The notes: a model not told the origin generated them from the letters alone. A stretch of 64,000 bases of DNA from Bacteroidales bacterium (GCA_041737175.1 JBGSSF010000012.1:19-64018); one strand, 5' to 3'. Shown: positions 9,767-20,826, counted from the stretch's first letter. Numbers and translations: made by a program.

Positions 9767-10735
9767 TCACCAGCCGGGTAATTCATCCCTTGTCAGAACC
9801 TGGGGCGCTTCGTATAAACTCCGGATCTCCTGCTCCGAGTTAGATTCGACAACCAGTTCTGCCCAGGGCATGAAGAAGACCCAGCGCGGCTGTTGCGTCA
9901 ACATTTCAGCCGAAGGCAGTTTGGCACACTCCCCGATGGCAATGGGTTTGTCTCCGGCAACGGATAAAACTTCGTTATACCATGACGGGTCATAGCCTTT
10001 ATCATATACATCAAAGGCAAAGACATCCCAATACTTGTCGCCGGGATTATATTCCGCAAAATCACGGCTCAGGTCCTGCATATCCCAAATCCAGATCAGG
10101 TTGCTCAGACCTTTTATGTTGGTGAAGTAATCATGGGTAATTCGGTACAGTTCAGCTGTGCCTTTCGGACCTTTTCTGCCGCCCCACCAGAAAGCGCCCT
10201 GGTTCATTTCGTGCAATGGCCTGAAAAGAACCTCAACGCCGCTATCCTCGAGATCCTGTAGATAAACGGCTATTTTATCCATTCGATTTTTCCAGCTTGT
10301 GTTCAAAGGAGTTCCGTCAGTGATCAGTTCAGCCCACTGTTCATCCGACAGGTGGCTCATTACTCCCACCGAATCCCAGGCGCAGGGTTCGTCAAATGCC
10401 GGATTGCATGCATGCCACATGAGGTTGATGACAGCTCCATTCTCCCATTGTTTTTTAGCTTCATTGATCATTACAGTGCGGTTATTGATATTCTCCTCCT
10501 GGAACAGAAAATCACCGCTCCATAATCCCGGAAATTTGCCGGTTATTCTGTTGATCTCACGGGCCCACTTGTCAGGTATGGCATTGGGTTCTTTGTTGTG
10601 CTGGCCCGCAATGGTTTTTTTACCTGATATTTCATACAGGTAATCCAGGGTTTTAAAAGGGGGTTTTTTTAGAGTAGCACAGCCTGAAATGAGGAGGATG
10701 CCACAGATGTAAATCAGGGGGAATGGACTTTTCAT
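9767..10735 (-). CDS. Glycoside hydrolase family 26 (beta-mannanase-like) lipoprotein
   Basis: GH26 signature FRPLHEMNQGAFWWGG and WHACNP. I place the start at the internal ATG at 10735, which gives the lipoprotein signal MKSPFPLIYICGILLISGC. The ORF itself extends to 10801. Confidence 0.75.
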   Translation of the reverse strand: MKSPFPLIYICGILLISGCATLKKPPFKTLDYLYEISGKKTIAGQHNKEPNAIPDKWAREINRITGKFPGLWSGDFLFQEENINNRTVMINEAKKQWENGAVINLMWHACNPAFDEPCAWDSVGVMSHLSDEQWAELITDGTPLNTSWKNRMDKIAVYLQDLEDSGVEVLFRPLHEMNQGAFWWGGRKGPKGTAELYRITHDYFTNIKGLSNLIWIWDMQDLSRDFAEYNPGDKYWDVFAFDVYDKGYDPSWYNEVLSVAGDKPIAIGECAKLPSAEMLTQQPRWVFFMPWAELVVESNSEQEIRSLYEAPQVLTRDELPGW

Positions 10736-10846
10736 AACAGGAATGTTGTCTTGGTTTGTAACATTGGACAAATATAACAAGTATAAGACCATAACCAGCA
10801 CAGGAAATACAATTCGCGGATATTCAACCTGACATTAATACATAAC

Positions 10847-12697
10847 ATGATTTTTCGCCTTCGGAACATATACCTTCTCTTTTGTTTTCTATCTATTACA
10901 ACATATGTTTTTCCTGCAGTTTTCAATAGCGAAGTAATACGTTATGCGACTTTTGTTGAGATCAGCAATGACAAGCTGAGCACCATAGATACCATTATCC
11001 TGCAAATCAACAACCGATCCGGTGAGATTTATTCAGAGATTGAACTGAACTACAGCAAAGATCGTCCCATTACTGATTTATCTGCATGGATCGAAGATCA
11101 AAACGGAAAAATAATCCGTTATCTGAAAAAACAGGAAATTACTGAATCCAGCGCAATTTCAAATGCCTCCTTCTATGAGGATAGTTATGTCAAGATTTTT
11201 GTATTGAAACACAATGAATATCCTTACAGAATCGGATATACATACAAGACTACCAGCAGGCAGTTCCTGCATATTGCGAATTGGTATCCCATTCTGGGAT
11301 TTGATGTACCAACAAAACTGGCGCAACTGACTTTTACATCACCTGAAAACTACCCGGTTCATATCAAGGAACATCAAATCAAACCGGCTGTAATAACCCA
11401 TGCTTCAGGGATAACCCGGAAAGTATGGAATGCCGGATATGATGGGAAATTCAGTTCTGAGGTCTATTGTCCGGATATATCCGGCATTCTTCCTTCAGTA
11501 AAAATTGTGCCGGCGGACTTTTTTTACGGAACAGCCGGCAGCACTGATAATTGGATATTATTCGGCAATTGGCAGTACAGTTTGATTCAGGGGCTGGATG
11601 ACCTGCCCCAAAATGAAAAGCTTACCCTTTCAAGAATGATTCAGGGTATTCAGGATAAAAAGGAAATTGTCAGGATTCTTTATCATTATATGCAGGATCA
11701 TACACGGTACATAAACGTGTCCATGGACATAGGGGGACTTAAACCATACCCCGCCTCTTATGTTTCTCAAAACAAGTATGGCGACTGCAAAGCGCTTACC
11801 AACTATATGAAGGCATTGCTAAATCATGCCGGTATCAGGTCATACTATACACTGGTTTATGCAGGTACTCAGCCCCGACGAATAATGGAGGATTTCCCTT
11901 CACAACAATTCAACCATGTAATCCTCACGGTTCCGCTTGAGCATGATACGATTTGGCTTGAAAATACCAATAATGCCAGTCCGGTAGGATATGTGGGGAC
12001 ATTCATTCAAAACAGAAGTGCATTACTTATTGATGATCACGAAAGTAAAATAATCAGATTGCCTTCCTTGCAGGTTCAGGAAGCACTGGAAGGCAAGCAT
12101 ATTGACTTTGTGCTTCAGAAAGACATGAATTCCGAGATTAAAATGCGGATTACTTACCGGGGCCTGGGGTTTGATCGCTTAAACGCTCTTCATAGCCAAT
12201 ATAATCTGGGGGATCAGGATCAGATTCTGAGAAAAATCCTGCCTTTCCAAAATTATGACTTGAAGGAGTGGAAACTCGTTCAAAGGGATCGCGATAGCAG
12301 CGCCATTACTTTTGTGTCCGATCTTTCATTAAAAAACATCCTGCAAAAGGCCGTTGACGAATACTATTTTACCCTTGTCCAGCCCGAGATCCCTGATTTC
12401 ACAACACCCAAGCTGCGAAAATTGCCGGTTAACATTCCTTTCCCGATAGGTTCATCCGATACACTGGTTTATCATTTGCCCCTTGGTACCACCAGAGTTT
12501 CTATTCCCGAGAGGGTAGACCTGTCCAACCGGTATGGACGATACAAAATGTCCTGCGTGAGAGAGAATAACACGTTGACTGTGTTCAGGGTATTCTGCCT
12601 GAATCGGGGATATTATAGCCTGGAGGAATATCCACAATTGTATGAATTTGTATCAGCTGTAAAAACTTATGACAAACAAAAAATTATAATCCAATAA
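10847..12697 (+). CDS. DUF3857-like N-terminal domain + transglutaminase-like cysteine protease domain protein
   Basis: Transglutaminase-core motif KYGDCKALTNYMKALL (Cys) followed by QQFNHVILTV (His). Signal peptide present. Confidence 0.65.
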   Translation: MIFRLRNIYLLFCFLSITTYVFPAVFNSEVIRYATFVEISNDKLSTIDTIILQINNRSGEIYSEIELNYSKDRPITDLSAWIEDQNGKIIRYLKKQEITESSAISNASFYEDSYVKIFVLKHNEYPYRIGYTYKTTSRQFLHIANWYPILGFDVPTKLAQLTFTSPENYPVHIKEHQIKPAVITHASGITRKVWNAGYDGKFSSEVYCPDISGILPSVKIVPADFFYGTAGSTDNWILFGNWQYSLIQGLDDLPQNEKLTLSRMIQGIQDKKEIVRILYHYMQDHTRYINVSMDIGGLKPYPASYVSQNKYGDCKALTNYMKALLNHAGIRSYYTLVYAGTQPRRIMEDFPSQQFNHVILTVPLEHDTIWLENTNNASPVGYVGTFIQNRSALLIDDHESKIIRLPSLQVQEALEGKHIDFVLQKDMNSEIKMRITYRGLGFDRLNALHSQYNLGDQDQILRKILPFQNYDLKEWKLVQRDRDSSAITFVSDLSLKNILQKAVDEYYFTLVQPEIPDFTTPKLRKLPVNIPFPIGSSDTLVYHLPLGTTRVSIPERVDLSNRYGRYKMSCVRENNTLTVFRVFCLNRGYYSLEEYPQLYEFVSAVKTYDKQKIIIQ

Positions 12698-12699
12698 TC

Positions 12700-14661
12700 A
12701 TGAAAAGATCATTGTTGTTTCCCTTACTGGCATTTTTCTTCATCCTGCCCACACATGCGCAAAACTATTTTGACGATTTCGGGAAAATAAACCTGAATGA
12801 ACTCCAAATGACAACCTATAATCGGGATAACCTTGCGGAAGCAGTGGTTTTATACGATATAGGGAAGACCCTTTTCACCACCGGTGATTTAGGAGTGCGT
12901 TTTTTATTTGAAAGAATAACCAGGATTAAGATTCTGAGCAAAGCAGGTTTAAAGTATGCGGAGATCGAAATACCTTATTACATTGACAAGGATGGAATTG
13001 AGAAAATATCAGATATACAAGGAATTACATATAATCTGGAAGGCAATACAGCCAAAACTTCGAGACTGGATCCCAACCAGGTTTATGATGAAAAGATCAA
13101 TGAGAACTGGAGTCAGAAGAAATTTGCCCTGCCCGATGTGAAAGAAGGTTCCGTGATCGAGTACAGGTACAGTATTGAATCACCTTTTCTTTTTAACCTG
13201 CGTGACTGGAAATTTCAAAGCACGATCCCGGTTGTATACAGTGAGTACACCGCCAGGATGATCCCCTTTTATGAGTACACCTATATTCTTCAGGGGGCAT
13301 CCAAATTTGATGTATACAAAAATGTTCCGGGTAATTTTAAAAATCATTATGCAACAGTGGATTATTATGATAATATCTACACTTTTGGCATGAAGAATCT
13401 GCCGGCATTCAGGGATGAGGATTTTATTACCTCAATCAACGACTATATTGTGAAAATGGACTTTCAGTTATCTATGATCCGCTATCCAGGAGGGTCAACG
13501 CGTGAAATCATAACCACGTGGCCTCTACTGATTCAAAGCTTGCTAAAACTAAACGAATTTGGCCTCTATATGAAGGCAGTTACGAAATCTTCTGATGAGT
13601 TACTTGGTACTTTGGCCCTTGATTCAAAATCCAATGAAGATAAAACCAAGATGATAGTGAGTTATGTTAAATCCAACTTTAATTGGGACGGTTATTCAAG
13701 CAAGTATGCCAACAAATCAACCAAGGAGTTTCTCAAAACAAAGACCGGCAACAGCGCCAATATTAACCTCTTTCTGGCTTCCATGCTGAGTGAGGCAGGC
13801 ATCGAGTCCTACCCGGTATTGTTAAGTACCAGGGATCATGGAAAAATTCCGGTGGATTATCCGTTCGAACAATTCCTCAACTATGTTATAGTCCTTGCTA
13901 AGATTGACAATAAGCAAATCCTGCTCGATGCCACTGAACCACTCAGTCCCTTTGGAATGCTTCCTGCCAGGTGCATCAATGAAAAAGGGCTCATTGTTCA
14001 TAGGGAAAAAACCGAATGGATTCAACTTGCAGACAATGGCATTTCTGAAGAGGCAGATTCAGTTTTTATCACTTTTAATGAAACCCTCGATAGCGCTTTT
14101 GCAGATATTCATGTTCAATCATTGGGACATAAAGCTTTGGAGCTTAGAAGATCTTATCACAATGATGCGGACAATTTAAAGGAATATTGCATTAAGGATG
14201 AAATTGAATTACGGAGCGACATTGCAGTAAAGAATGAAAAGTCCATTGAAAACCCTTTCATATTTGATTATAAGGTGAAAACGGGAGTGGAGATGGTCGG
14301 AGATAAATTGCTGGTTACAGCTTTCCCCGGGTTGACTCCTTCGCAGAATCCACTGAGAGTAGGATTCAGATCCTACCCGGTAGATATGGTTTATCCAAAT
14401 ACAAATAGCTTTACAGCTGTCATTGATATTCCGAAGGGATACCGGTACGCTGAAAACAAAAAAGATGTTTCCATCGACAACCCGTTGATGAATATCCGAT
14501 ACCATATTGATAATACAACGGACAAACTAAAAATAACCGGGAACTACACTTTTAAAAAGCCGGTTTATCTGCCACATGAATACTATGACCTGAAAAGTTA
14601 TTATACTACCATCATAGAGACATTCAATAATAAAATAGTGCTTGTAAAAGCTTCCACCTAG
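12700..14661 (+). CDS. Paralogous DUF3857/transglutaminase-like protein with degenerate catalytic residues
   Basis: Same architecture as the upstream gene, but the equivalent motifs read TGNSANINLFLASML (Cys to Ser) and FLNYVIVLA (His to Tyr). Starts 3 nt after the upstream stop. Confidence 0.6.
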   Translation: MKRSLLFPLLAFFFILPTHAQNYFDDFGKINLNELQMTTYNRDNLAEAVVLYDIGKTLFTTGDLGVRFLFERITRIKILSKAGLKYAEIEIPYYIDKDGIEKISDIQGITYNLEGNTAKTSRLDPNQVYDEKINENWSQKKFALPDVKEGSVIEYRYSIESPFLFNLRDWKFQSTIPVVYSEYTARMIPFYEYTYILQGASKFDVYKNVPGNFKNHYATVDYYDNIYTFGMKNLPAFRDEDFITSINDYIVKMDFQLSMIRYPGGSTREIITTWPLLIQSLLKLNEFGLYMKAVTKSSDELLGTLALDSKSNEDKTKMIVSYVKSNFNWDGYSSKYANKSTKEFLKTKTGNSANINLFLASMLSEAGIESYPVLLSTRDHGKIPVDYPFEQFLNYVIVLAKIDNKQILLDATEPLSPFGMLPARCINEKGLIVHREKTEWIQLADNGISEEADSVFITFNETLDSAFADIHVQSLGHKALELRRSYHNDADNLKEYCIKDEIELRSDIAVKNEKSIENPFIFDYKVKTGVEMVGDKLLVTAFPGLTPSQNPLRVGFRSYPVDMVYPNTNSFTAVIDIPKGYRYAENKKDVSIDNPLMNIRYHIDNTTDKLKITGNYTFKKPVYLPHEYYDLKSYYTTIIETFNNKIVLVKAST

Positions 14662-14754
14662 GTATTCGTTCTCGGGATATTATAAATTGAAAGAAAAGGG
14701 TGTTTTCTTGAATTAATATCGCAATTTTGCTTCCCAGCGATATTTTATGTTAGT

Positions 14755-15552
14755 ATGATCACCCTATGTGCTATAGCTTCGGGAAGCAACGGGAATTGCT
14801 ATTACATTGGCAATGAAAGGGATGCTGTTCTGGTGGATGTGGGTATCTCCGCGCGCCAGACCATCGCCAGGATGCGTCAGCGGAATTTAATGCCGGAAAA
14901 AGTCAAGGCCATACTGATTTCTCATGAACATGCTGATCATACCAGAGGAGCGCGTGTTATGAGTAAAAAGCTGATGGTGCCGGTATACATGACCTCAAGA
15001 ACTTACATGGCCTTATATCCCCATCACCGGCCCATGGCGCCAAGGTTTTTTGAACCCGGTCCTGAAATCAGCATCGGGTCCTTTCGCATATTTCCTTTTC
15101 TGAAAAGCCATGATGCTGCCGAACCCTGTTCTTTCAGAATTGAGCACAACGGATTGCATATTGGTGTTTTCACCGATATTGGCACACCCTGCGAGAATGT
15201 AAGGAATCACCTGGGCCAGTGTCACGCGCTTTTCCTTGAAACCAATTACGACGAAAAAATGTTATGGGAAGGAAGCTATCCCTGGCCGCTGAAGAGAAGA
15301 ATTGGTTCCGATCACGGTCACCTGTCCAATGACCAGGCATTTGAACTGCTAAGGGATTATTCGGGGCAGTTCTTAAAAATGGTTTTTCTAAGCCATCTTT
15401 CTGCTGAAAATAACACCCGGGAAATTGCGATGAACCGTTTTGCAGAGTTGAAGGATAAAATGCAAATTCATTTGACTTCTCGGTATGAAGCAGGGGAAGT
15501 AATCCATGTTGGAAATAACACCGAACAAGGAACACTGAATTTCGAATATTGA
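14755..15552 (+). CDS. MBL-fold metallo-hydrolase
   Basis: Metallo-beta-lactamase motif ISHEHADH, with downstream His/Asp ligands including HLS. Confidence 0.85.
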   Translation: MITLCAIASGSNGNCYYIGNERDAVLVDVGISARQTIARMRQRNLMPEKVKAILISHEHADHTRGARVMSKKLMVPVYMTSRTYMALYPHHRPMAPRFFEPGPEISIGSFRIFPFLKSHDAAEPCSFRIEHNGLHIGVFTDIGTPCENVRNHLGQCHALFLETNYDEKMLWEGSYPWPLKRRIGSDHGHLSNDQAFELLRDYSGQFLKMVFLSHLSAENNTREIAMNRFAELKDKMQIHLTSRYEAGEVIHVGNNTEQGTLNFEY

Positions 15553-15605
15553 TCTTTATAGACTTCTTAAATCGTCATTCCTTGTTCGATATTCGTTGTT
15601 CAATC

Positions 15606-16805
15606 CTATAAGTTTCTCCCCGGGTACTCCTCCAATCCCTTCTTCAAACATTCCATGGCTTTTTTGAGATCATCGATTTTAAGCACATATGCAATCCTCA
15701 CTTCCTGTTTTCCCAGTCCGGGTGTTTTATAAAATCCCGAACCCGGAGCCAGCATAACGGTTTCCCTGTTGTATTCAAATTCCTGCAACAACCACATGGC
15801 AAATTTCTCAGCATCGTCAACGGGCAGCCTTACCATGGTATAAAAGGCTCCTTTGGGCGTGGGGCAAACTATACCCGGTATGTCATTCAGGGCTTTTACC
15901 AGGTAATTTCTTCGTTCGAGAAATTCATTGAAAATATAATCATTGTATTCAGGAGGCGAATCCAGGGCAGCCTCAGCGGCAAGCTGTCCGATGTTAGGCG
16001 GACAAAGGCGTGCCTGGCCGAACTTAAGCGCAGTCGCTATCAGCTCGCGGTTACGGGAGGCTATGACGCCAACACGCAGGCCTGTTGCACTGTATCTTTT
16101 GGATACTGAATCCAGCAGTATCAGGTGCTCATCAACTCCTTCCAGCAGCATGGATGACCTGACGGATTTGCTGTCGTAGGAAAGTTCCCGGTATACTTCA
16201 TCACAAAGGAAGAACAGGTTATGCTTTATGGCCAGGTCCCTGATCTGTTCCAATTCATTCCAGGAATAGAGGTAACCTGTAGGATTATTCGGGTTGCAGA
16301 TGAGCACGGCCCGTGTACGGGGAGTGATCTTCTTTTCGAATTCAGTGACCGGTGGCAGGGCAAAACCATTTTCAATGACTGAAGTAACTGGTATAACGGT
16401 CACGTCAGCTGCAATGGCAAAACTTAAATAGTTGGCATAGAAAGGTTCGGGTACAATAATTTCATCCCCGGAATTCAGGCAGGCAAGCAGGGCGAAAGTA
16501 ATGGCTTCAGAACCACCGGTAGTGACCAGAATATCCTGGTAATCAAGATTTACTCCAATTTTTTTATAAAAGTCGGCAAATTTGCGCCGCAGTGATTCAT
16601 TACCAGCGCTGTGCCCGTATTCAATAATGTTGGTGCCGATATTCCGGATGGCTTCAAGAGCATTGGGTGAGGTAAGAAGATCAGGTTGGCCTATATTCAG
16701 GCGAAAAACATGGCATCCTCTTCTGGCAGAACTCTCGGCCAGTGGCACCAACTTTCGGATGGGCGAGCTGGGCATCAGCTGACCGCGTTTGGATATCTCG
16801 GGCAT
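15606..16805 (-). CDS. Class I/II pyridoxal-phosphate-dependent aminotransferase (aspartate aminotransferase-like)
   Basis: Motifs NPNNPTG and SVSKRYSATGLRVG (PLP lysine). Length is 399 aa. Confidence 0.85.
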   Translation of the reverse strand: MPEISKRGQLMPSSPIRKLVPLAESSARRGCHVFRLNIGQPDLLTSPNALEAIRNIGTNIIEYGHSAGNESLRRKFADFYKKIGVNLDYQDILVTTGGSEAITFALLACLNSGDEIIVPEPFYANYLSFAIAADVTVIPVTSVIENGFALPPVTEFEKKITPRTRAVLICNPNNPTGYLYSWNELEQIRDLAIKHNLFFLCDEVYRELSYDSKSVRSSMLLEGVDEHLILLDSVSKRYSATGLRVGVIASRNRELIATALKFGQARLCPPNIGQLAAEAALDSPPEYNDYIFNEFLERRNYLVKALNDIPGIVCPTPKGAFYTMVRLPVDDAEKFAMWLLQEFEYNRETVMLAPGSGFYKTPGLGKQEVRIAYVLKIDDLKKAMECLKKGLEEYPGRNL

Positions 16806-16848
16806 GGAAATGATGTGTTTATTTAATCATTATGTGATAATGCAGCGC

Positions 16849-17262
16849 TTATTTTTTTTCTGGCTCTTCTACTTTCCCTTTGATGACGAGGACATAAGGC
16901 TTATTGCCGGCATTGCAATAAACGGAGATTGATTTTGAGAAAGTACCTGTAATGCGTGTGTTGTAGCTTACTTTTATTCTGCCTTCCTCACCTTTATCAA
17001 TGGGTTTTTTAGGCCATTCGGGTACTGTACAGCCACAGGACGACCGGACGTTGTTCAATACAAGCGGAATCTTCCCGGTATTTCTGAAAACAAATTCATA
17101 GGTGCCGTCTCCCCCCTGTGGCAGGGTGCCGTAATCATGTTCCGTGGTCTCAAACTCGATGGCTGCGCCTTTGGTTTGACTTTCAGCAGGTTGTGCTGAT
17201 TGTGAACAACTCATGGTGAAAAAGAAGGCTGCCAGAACATTAATCAAAAGAAATTTTCTCAT
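16849..17262 (-). CDS. DUF1573 domain protein (secreted)
   Basis: Signal/lipobox region and the family-typical SSCGCT motif in a ~100-aa beta-sandwich-sized domain. Confidence 0.65.
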   Translation of the reverse strand: MRKFLLINVLAAFFFTMSCSQSAQPAESQTKGAAIEFETTEHDYGTLPQGGDGTYEFVFRNTGKIPLVLNNVRSSCGCTVPEWPKKPIDKGEEGRIKVSYNTRITGTFSKSISVYCNAGNKPYVLVIKGKVEEPEKK

Positions 17263-17405
17263 GGTCCGATAGTATAAATGCGAGTTCCTGCAAAATTAAT
17301 GGATTTCAACAAATTCCATTCAGGAACCATTAAAATATTGAGCAGGGTATCCGATTGCTCCTACCTGAAATCCATATTATCTGCAGGTTAATCAGCGAAA
17401 AATCC

Positions 17406-17413
17406 TATTTTTG
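17406..17413 (+). promoter_or_regulatory. Bacteroidota -7 promoter box (TAnnTTTG) for valS
   Basis: TATTTTTG lies 41 nt upstream of the ATG at 17454. It is only 11 nt from the ATG at 17424, which argues for the 17454 start. Confidence 0.45.
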
Positions 17414-17453
17414 TCAGGTTTTAATGAGCAGTTCAACAGAAAAACAGGCAGAG

Positions 17454-20084
17454 ATGGAAATTCCCAGCAGGTACAACCCAAGGCATGTAGAGGATAAGTG
17501 GTATAATTACTGGATGGAGCGGAAATTTTTCAAATCGGTTCCTGATGGCAGGGAGCCCTATACCATTGTAATACCTCCGCCTAATGTGACCGGTGTGCTG
17601 CATATGGGCCATATGCTGAACAACACCATCCAGGATATTCTGGTACGGCGGGCCCGCATGCAGGGTAAGAATGCCTGCTGGGTTCCGGGCACTGACCATG
17701 CTTCCATAGCTACAGAAGCAAGAGTTGTGGCCAAACTGAAAAGTGAGGGGATCGATAAGAAGAGTCTCACCAGGGAGGAGTTCCTAGAGCATGCCTGGGA
17801 ATGGAGACGTAAACACGGTGATATTATTCTGGAACAGCTCAAGAAACTTGGTGCATCGTGTGACTGGGATCGTACCAGGTTTACCATGGACGATGCCATG
17901 TCGGAAAGCGTCATCCGGGTATTTGTCGATTTGTTCAACAAAGGGCTTATATACAGGGGAGTGCGAATGGTGAACTGGGATCCGCAGGCCTTGACAGCGG
18001 TATCAGATGAAGAGGTGATTTACCGCGAGGTCAAATCGAAATTATATTACATCCAATACAGGATAAACGGAGAAAAGGATTACGTTACCATAGCAACCAC
18101 CCGTCCGGAAACCATACTGGGTGATACAGCGGTTTGTGTAAATCCAGCGGATACCCGATACAGAAAACTGGTAGGAAAAAAGGTCTTTGTACCCCTGGTT
18201 AACCGGTTGGTGCCCATTATAGAAGATGAATATGTGGATATGGAATTCGGCACGGGTTGTCTTAAGATAACGCCCGCGCATGATATCAACGATTATGAAA
18301 TAGGCATCAAGCACAATCTTCAGAGCATCGATATTTTTAATGAGAATGGCACACTGAGCGAGAAGGCTGTCCTTTTCACGGGGATTGACCGTTTTAAGGC
18401 CAGGGAACTTGTTGTGAGGCAGCTTGAGAAAGAGGGTCTGCTGGCAAGGACGGAGGAATATGTGAATAAGATCGGATACTCCGAGCGCACGGATGCGGTC
18501 ATAGAACCCCGGCTTTCATTGCAATGGTTTCTTCGGATGCAGCAATTGGCAGGTCCTGCGCTGGATAATGTCATGAACGACACCATCACGCTGTATCCGG
18601 CAAAATTCAAAAATTCATACCGGAACTGGATGGAGAATGTCAGGGACTGGTGCATTTCGCGGCAGTTATGGTGGGGACAAAGAATTCCCGCTTTTTATTA
18701 TGGGGAAGGACAGGATTATGTTGTGGCTGAAAGTCCCGATAAGGCCCTGGAACTTGTAAGAAAATTACCGGGGATGGAAAATACACAGTTTGCTGACCTC
18801 AGGCAGGACGAAGACGTGCTTGATACCTGGTTTTCCTCCTGGTTATGGCCCATCTCGGTATTTGACGGAATTCGTAATCCCGAAAATCCCGATATTAAAT
18901 ACTATTATCCGACAAATGATCTGATTACAGCGCCGGAAATTATTTTCTTCTGGGTTGCCCGTATGATCATGGCCGGTTACGAGTACCGGAACGAAAAACC
19001 TTTCAGAAATGTATACTTCACGGGGATCGTAAGGGATACAAAGCGGCGCAAGATGTCAAAGTCGCTGGGCAATTCGCCCGATCCGCTGCAACTGATCGAG
19101 AAGTACAGCGCTGATGGTGTTCGCATCGGTATGCTGTTGTGTTCTCCGGCCGGCAATGATCTATTGTTTGATGAGAGCTTGCCTGAACAGGGGCGCAACT
19201 TTGCCAATAAAATTTGGAATGCTTTCAGACTGGTTAAATCCTGGCAGGTGGATCCGGAGGCAAAAGCGACCCAGGCTTCCGAGATGGCCATTATCTGGTG
19301 TTACGAAAGGCTGAAGCAGGGTGTTCGTGAAATTGAGGAAGCCTTCAACCAGTACCGCATATCGGAAGCACTTATGACTGCGTATAAACTATTCTGGGAC
19401 GAATTCTCTTCGTGGTACCTTGAAATCATCAAACCCGAATACCAGAAACCTTTGGACAAACGCACATACCAGGCGACCATTGAGATATTCGAGGCCATGC
19501 TGAGGATCCTCCATCCTTTTATCCCTTTCATCACCGAAGAAATATGGCATCTTCTCAAGGAAAGGCCGCTGGGATTCAGTCTTATGTATGAAAAGACTCC
19601 ATCGATAAAACCGGTTGATAAGGAGAAAATAAAATTGTTCGAACAGGTTAAAGAGGTGGTCACCTTTATCAGGAATACCCGGGTTGAAAAGCAGATCAGC
19701 AATAAGGAAAAACTTACCCTCTGCGTTAAGTCAATCGATTATAATGACGATTTTGACCCGGTTATTGTAAAACTGGGAAATCTGGATGAAATCAGAATGA
19801 TCTCGGAAAAAGTGGAAGGAGCCGTAAGCTTTATAACAGCCTATGCGGAGTTTTATATTCCGGTTGGCGAATTGCATGATCAGGAAGGGGAACTTCAAAA
19901 GCTCAGGGATGAACTCGACTATACCCGTGGTTTTCTGGAATCAGTAATGCAAAAACTCAGTAATGATAAGTTTGTAAGCCATGCCCCGGCCAAAGTGATT
20001 GAACTGGAAAACAAGAAAAAGGCTGATGCGGAAACGAAGATCAGGGCGATTGAGGAGAGGATTTTGTCGATGAAAAAATTATAG
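17454..20084 (+). CDS. valS: Valine--tRNA ligase
   Basis: Class I motifs HMGH (VLHMGHMLN) and KMSKS (RKMSKSLGN), plus a C-terminal coiled coil. The start was chosen to give MEIPSRYNP, a typical ValS N-terminus. The ORF extends upstream to a TTG at 17355. Confidence 0.93.
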   Translation: MEIPSRYNPRHVEDKWYNYWMERKFFKSVPDGREPYTIVIPPPNVTGVLHMGHMLNNTIQDILVRRARMQGKNACWVPGTDHASIATEARVVAKLKSEGIDKKSLTREEFLEHAWEWRRKHGDIILEQLKKLGASCDWDRTRFTMDDAMSESVIRVFVDLFNKGLIYRGVRMVNWDPQALTAVSDEEVIYREVKSKLYYIQYRINGEKDYVTIATTRPETILGDTAVCVNPADTRYRKLVGKKVFVPLVNRLVPIIEDEYVDMEFGTGCLKITPAHDINDYEIGIKHNLQSIDIFNENGTLSEKAVLFTGIDRFKARELVVRQLEKEGLLARTEEYVNKIGYSERTDAVIEPRLSLQWFLRMQQLAGPALDNVMNDTITLYPAKFKNSYRNWMENVRDWCISRQLWWGQRIPAFYYGEGQDYVVAESPDKALELVRKLPGMENTQFADLRQDEDVLDTWFSSWLWPISVFDGIRNPENPDIKYYYPTNDLITAPEIIFFWVARMIMAGYEYRNEKPFRNVYFTGIVRDTKRRKMSKSLGNSPDPLQLIEKYSADGVRIGMLLCSPAGNDLLFDESLPEQGRNFANKIWNAFRLVKSWQVDPEAKATQASEMAIIWCYERLKQGVREIEEAFNQYRISEALMTAYKLFWDEFSSWYLEIIKPEYQKPLDKRTYQATIEIFEAMLRILHPFIPFITEEIWHLLKERPLGFSLMYEKTPSIKPVDKEKIKLFEQVKEVVTFIRNTRVEKQISNKEKLTLCVKSIDYNDDFDPVIVKLGNLDEIRMISEKVEGAVSFITAYAEFYIPVGELHDQEGELQKLRDELDYTRGFLESVMQKLSNDKFVSHAPAKVIELENKKKADAETKIRAIEERILSMKKL

Positions 20085-20112
20085 GTAGGGACATGCCATG
20101 GCATGTCCCTAC
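20085..20112. terminator. Perfect 28-nt palindrome between convergent valS and pdxH (bidirectional terminator candidate)
   Basis: GTAGGGACATGCC-AT-GGCATGTCCCTAC. It starts 1 nt after the valS stop and ends 5 nt before the pdxH stop. Confidence 0.6.
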
Positions 20113-20116
20113 GGCA

Positions 20117-20755
20117 TCACGGTGCCAGCCGGTAAACTTCCCACATATTGTCATTTCTTGTGTACTCGAACCTGTCGTGCAGGCGGTTTTCACGGCCTTG
20201 CCAGAATTCAACCAATTGCGGTATAAGTTTATAACCTCCCCAGTTCTCTGGTCTTCCTAGAGTTCTGGTCCTGAACATTTCCAGGTAATCTTTATGCAGG
20301 TTTTCCAGATATTCACGGCTTGGAATTCTCTGGCTCTGAGGGGACGACCAGGCACCGATTTTGCTGCCTTCGGGTCTTGCTTCAAAGTAAGTATCCGATT
20401 CCTGCCGGAGCGTCTTAAAGATCTTCCCTTCAATCCTGACCTGTCTTTCAAGCCGCGGCCAGAAAAAAAGCAGGGAACCAAAAGCATTGGAAGTGAGCTG
20501 CACTCCCTTTTTACTTTCGTAATTGGTGAAGAAGGTAAATCCGTCATCATCCAGGCTTTTTAGCAGGACCACGCGGGAAGAAGGTTTACCATCGGGTGTA
20601 GATGTGGAAAGCACCATGGCATTGGGTTCGTCTGCACCGGCGTGTAATGCTTCATTCAGCCAGAACCTGAATTGCACAATCGGATTGGCATCCAGACTGT
20701 CGATCTCAAGCCGGGCAAATTTGTATTCCCTGCGTATGTCGTGTAATTCGCTCAT
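20117..20755 (-). CDS. pdxH: Pyridoxamine 5'-phosphate oxidase
   Basis: 212 aa with the family-typical RIEG and WGGY motifs and the C-terminal ...YRLAP. Confidence 0.9.
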   Translation of the reverse strand: MSELHDIRREYKFARLEIDSLDANPIVQFRFWLNEALHAGADEPNAMVLSTSTPDGKPSSRVVLLKSLDDDGFTFFTNYESKKGVQLTSNAFGSLLFFWPRLERQVRIEGKIFKTLRQESDTYFEARPEGSKIGAWSSPQSQRIPSREYLENLHKDYLEMFRTRTLGRPENWGGYKLIPQLVEFWQGRENRLHDRFEYTRNDNMWEVYRLAP

Positions 20756-20772
20756 ATAAAGTTATCTGATTT

Positions 20773-20814
20773 CTACAATCTACAATCTGCAATCTGCAAT
20801 CTGCAATCTGCAAT
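20773..20814. repeat. Tandem heptamer CT(A/G)CAAT x6
   Basis: Counted directly: 2x CTACAAT then 4x CTGCAAT. It lies between the YihY-family gene stop (20827) and the pdxH start (20755). Confidence 0.95.
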
Positions 20815-20826
20815 CGGAATAACACT

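Noticed and set aside
9423-9995. 190-aa plus-strand ORF spanning the lpxH start, the intergenic region and the GH26 3' end
   Set aside because: It is antisense to two recognisable genes and has low-complexity composition.
17355-17453. Upstream extension of valS from TTG 17355 or ATG 17424
   Set aside because: The extension ([23 protein letters not shown]...) is unlike ValS N-termini. A TAnnTTTG promoter box at 17406-17413 lies inside it. MEIPSRYNP at 17454 matches the usual ValS start.
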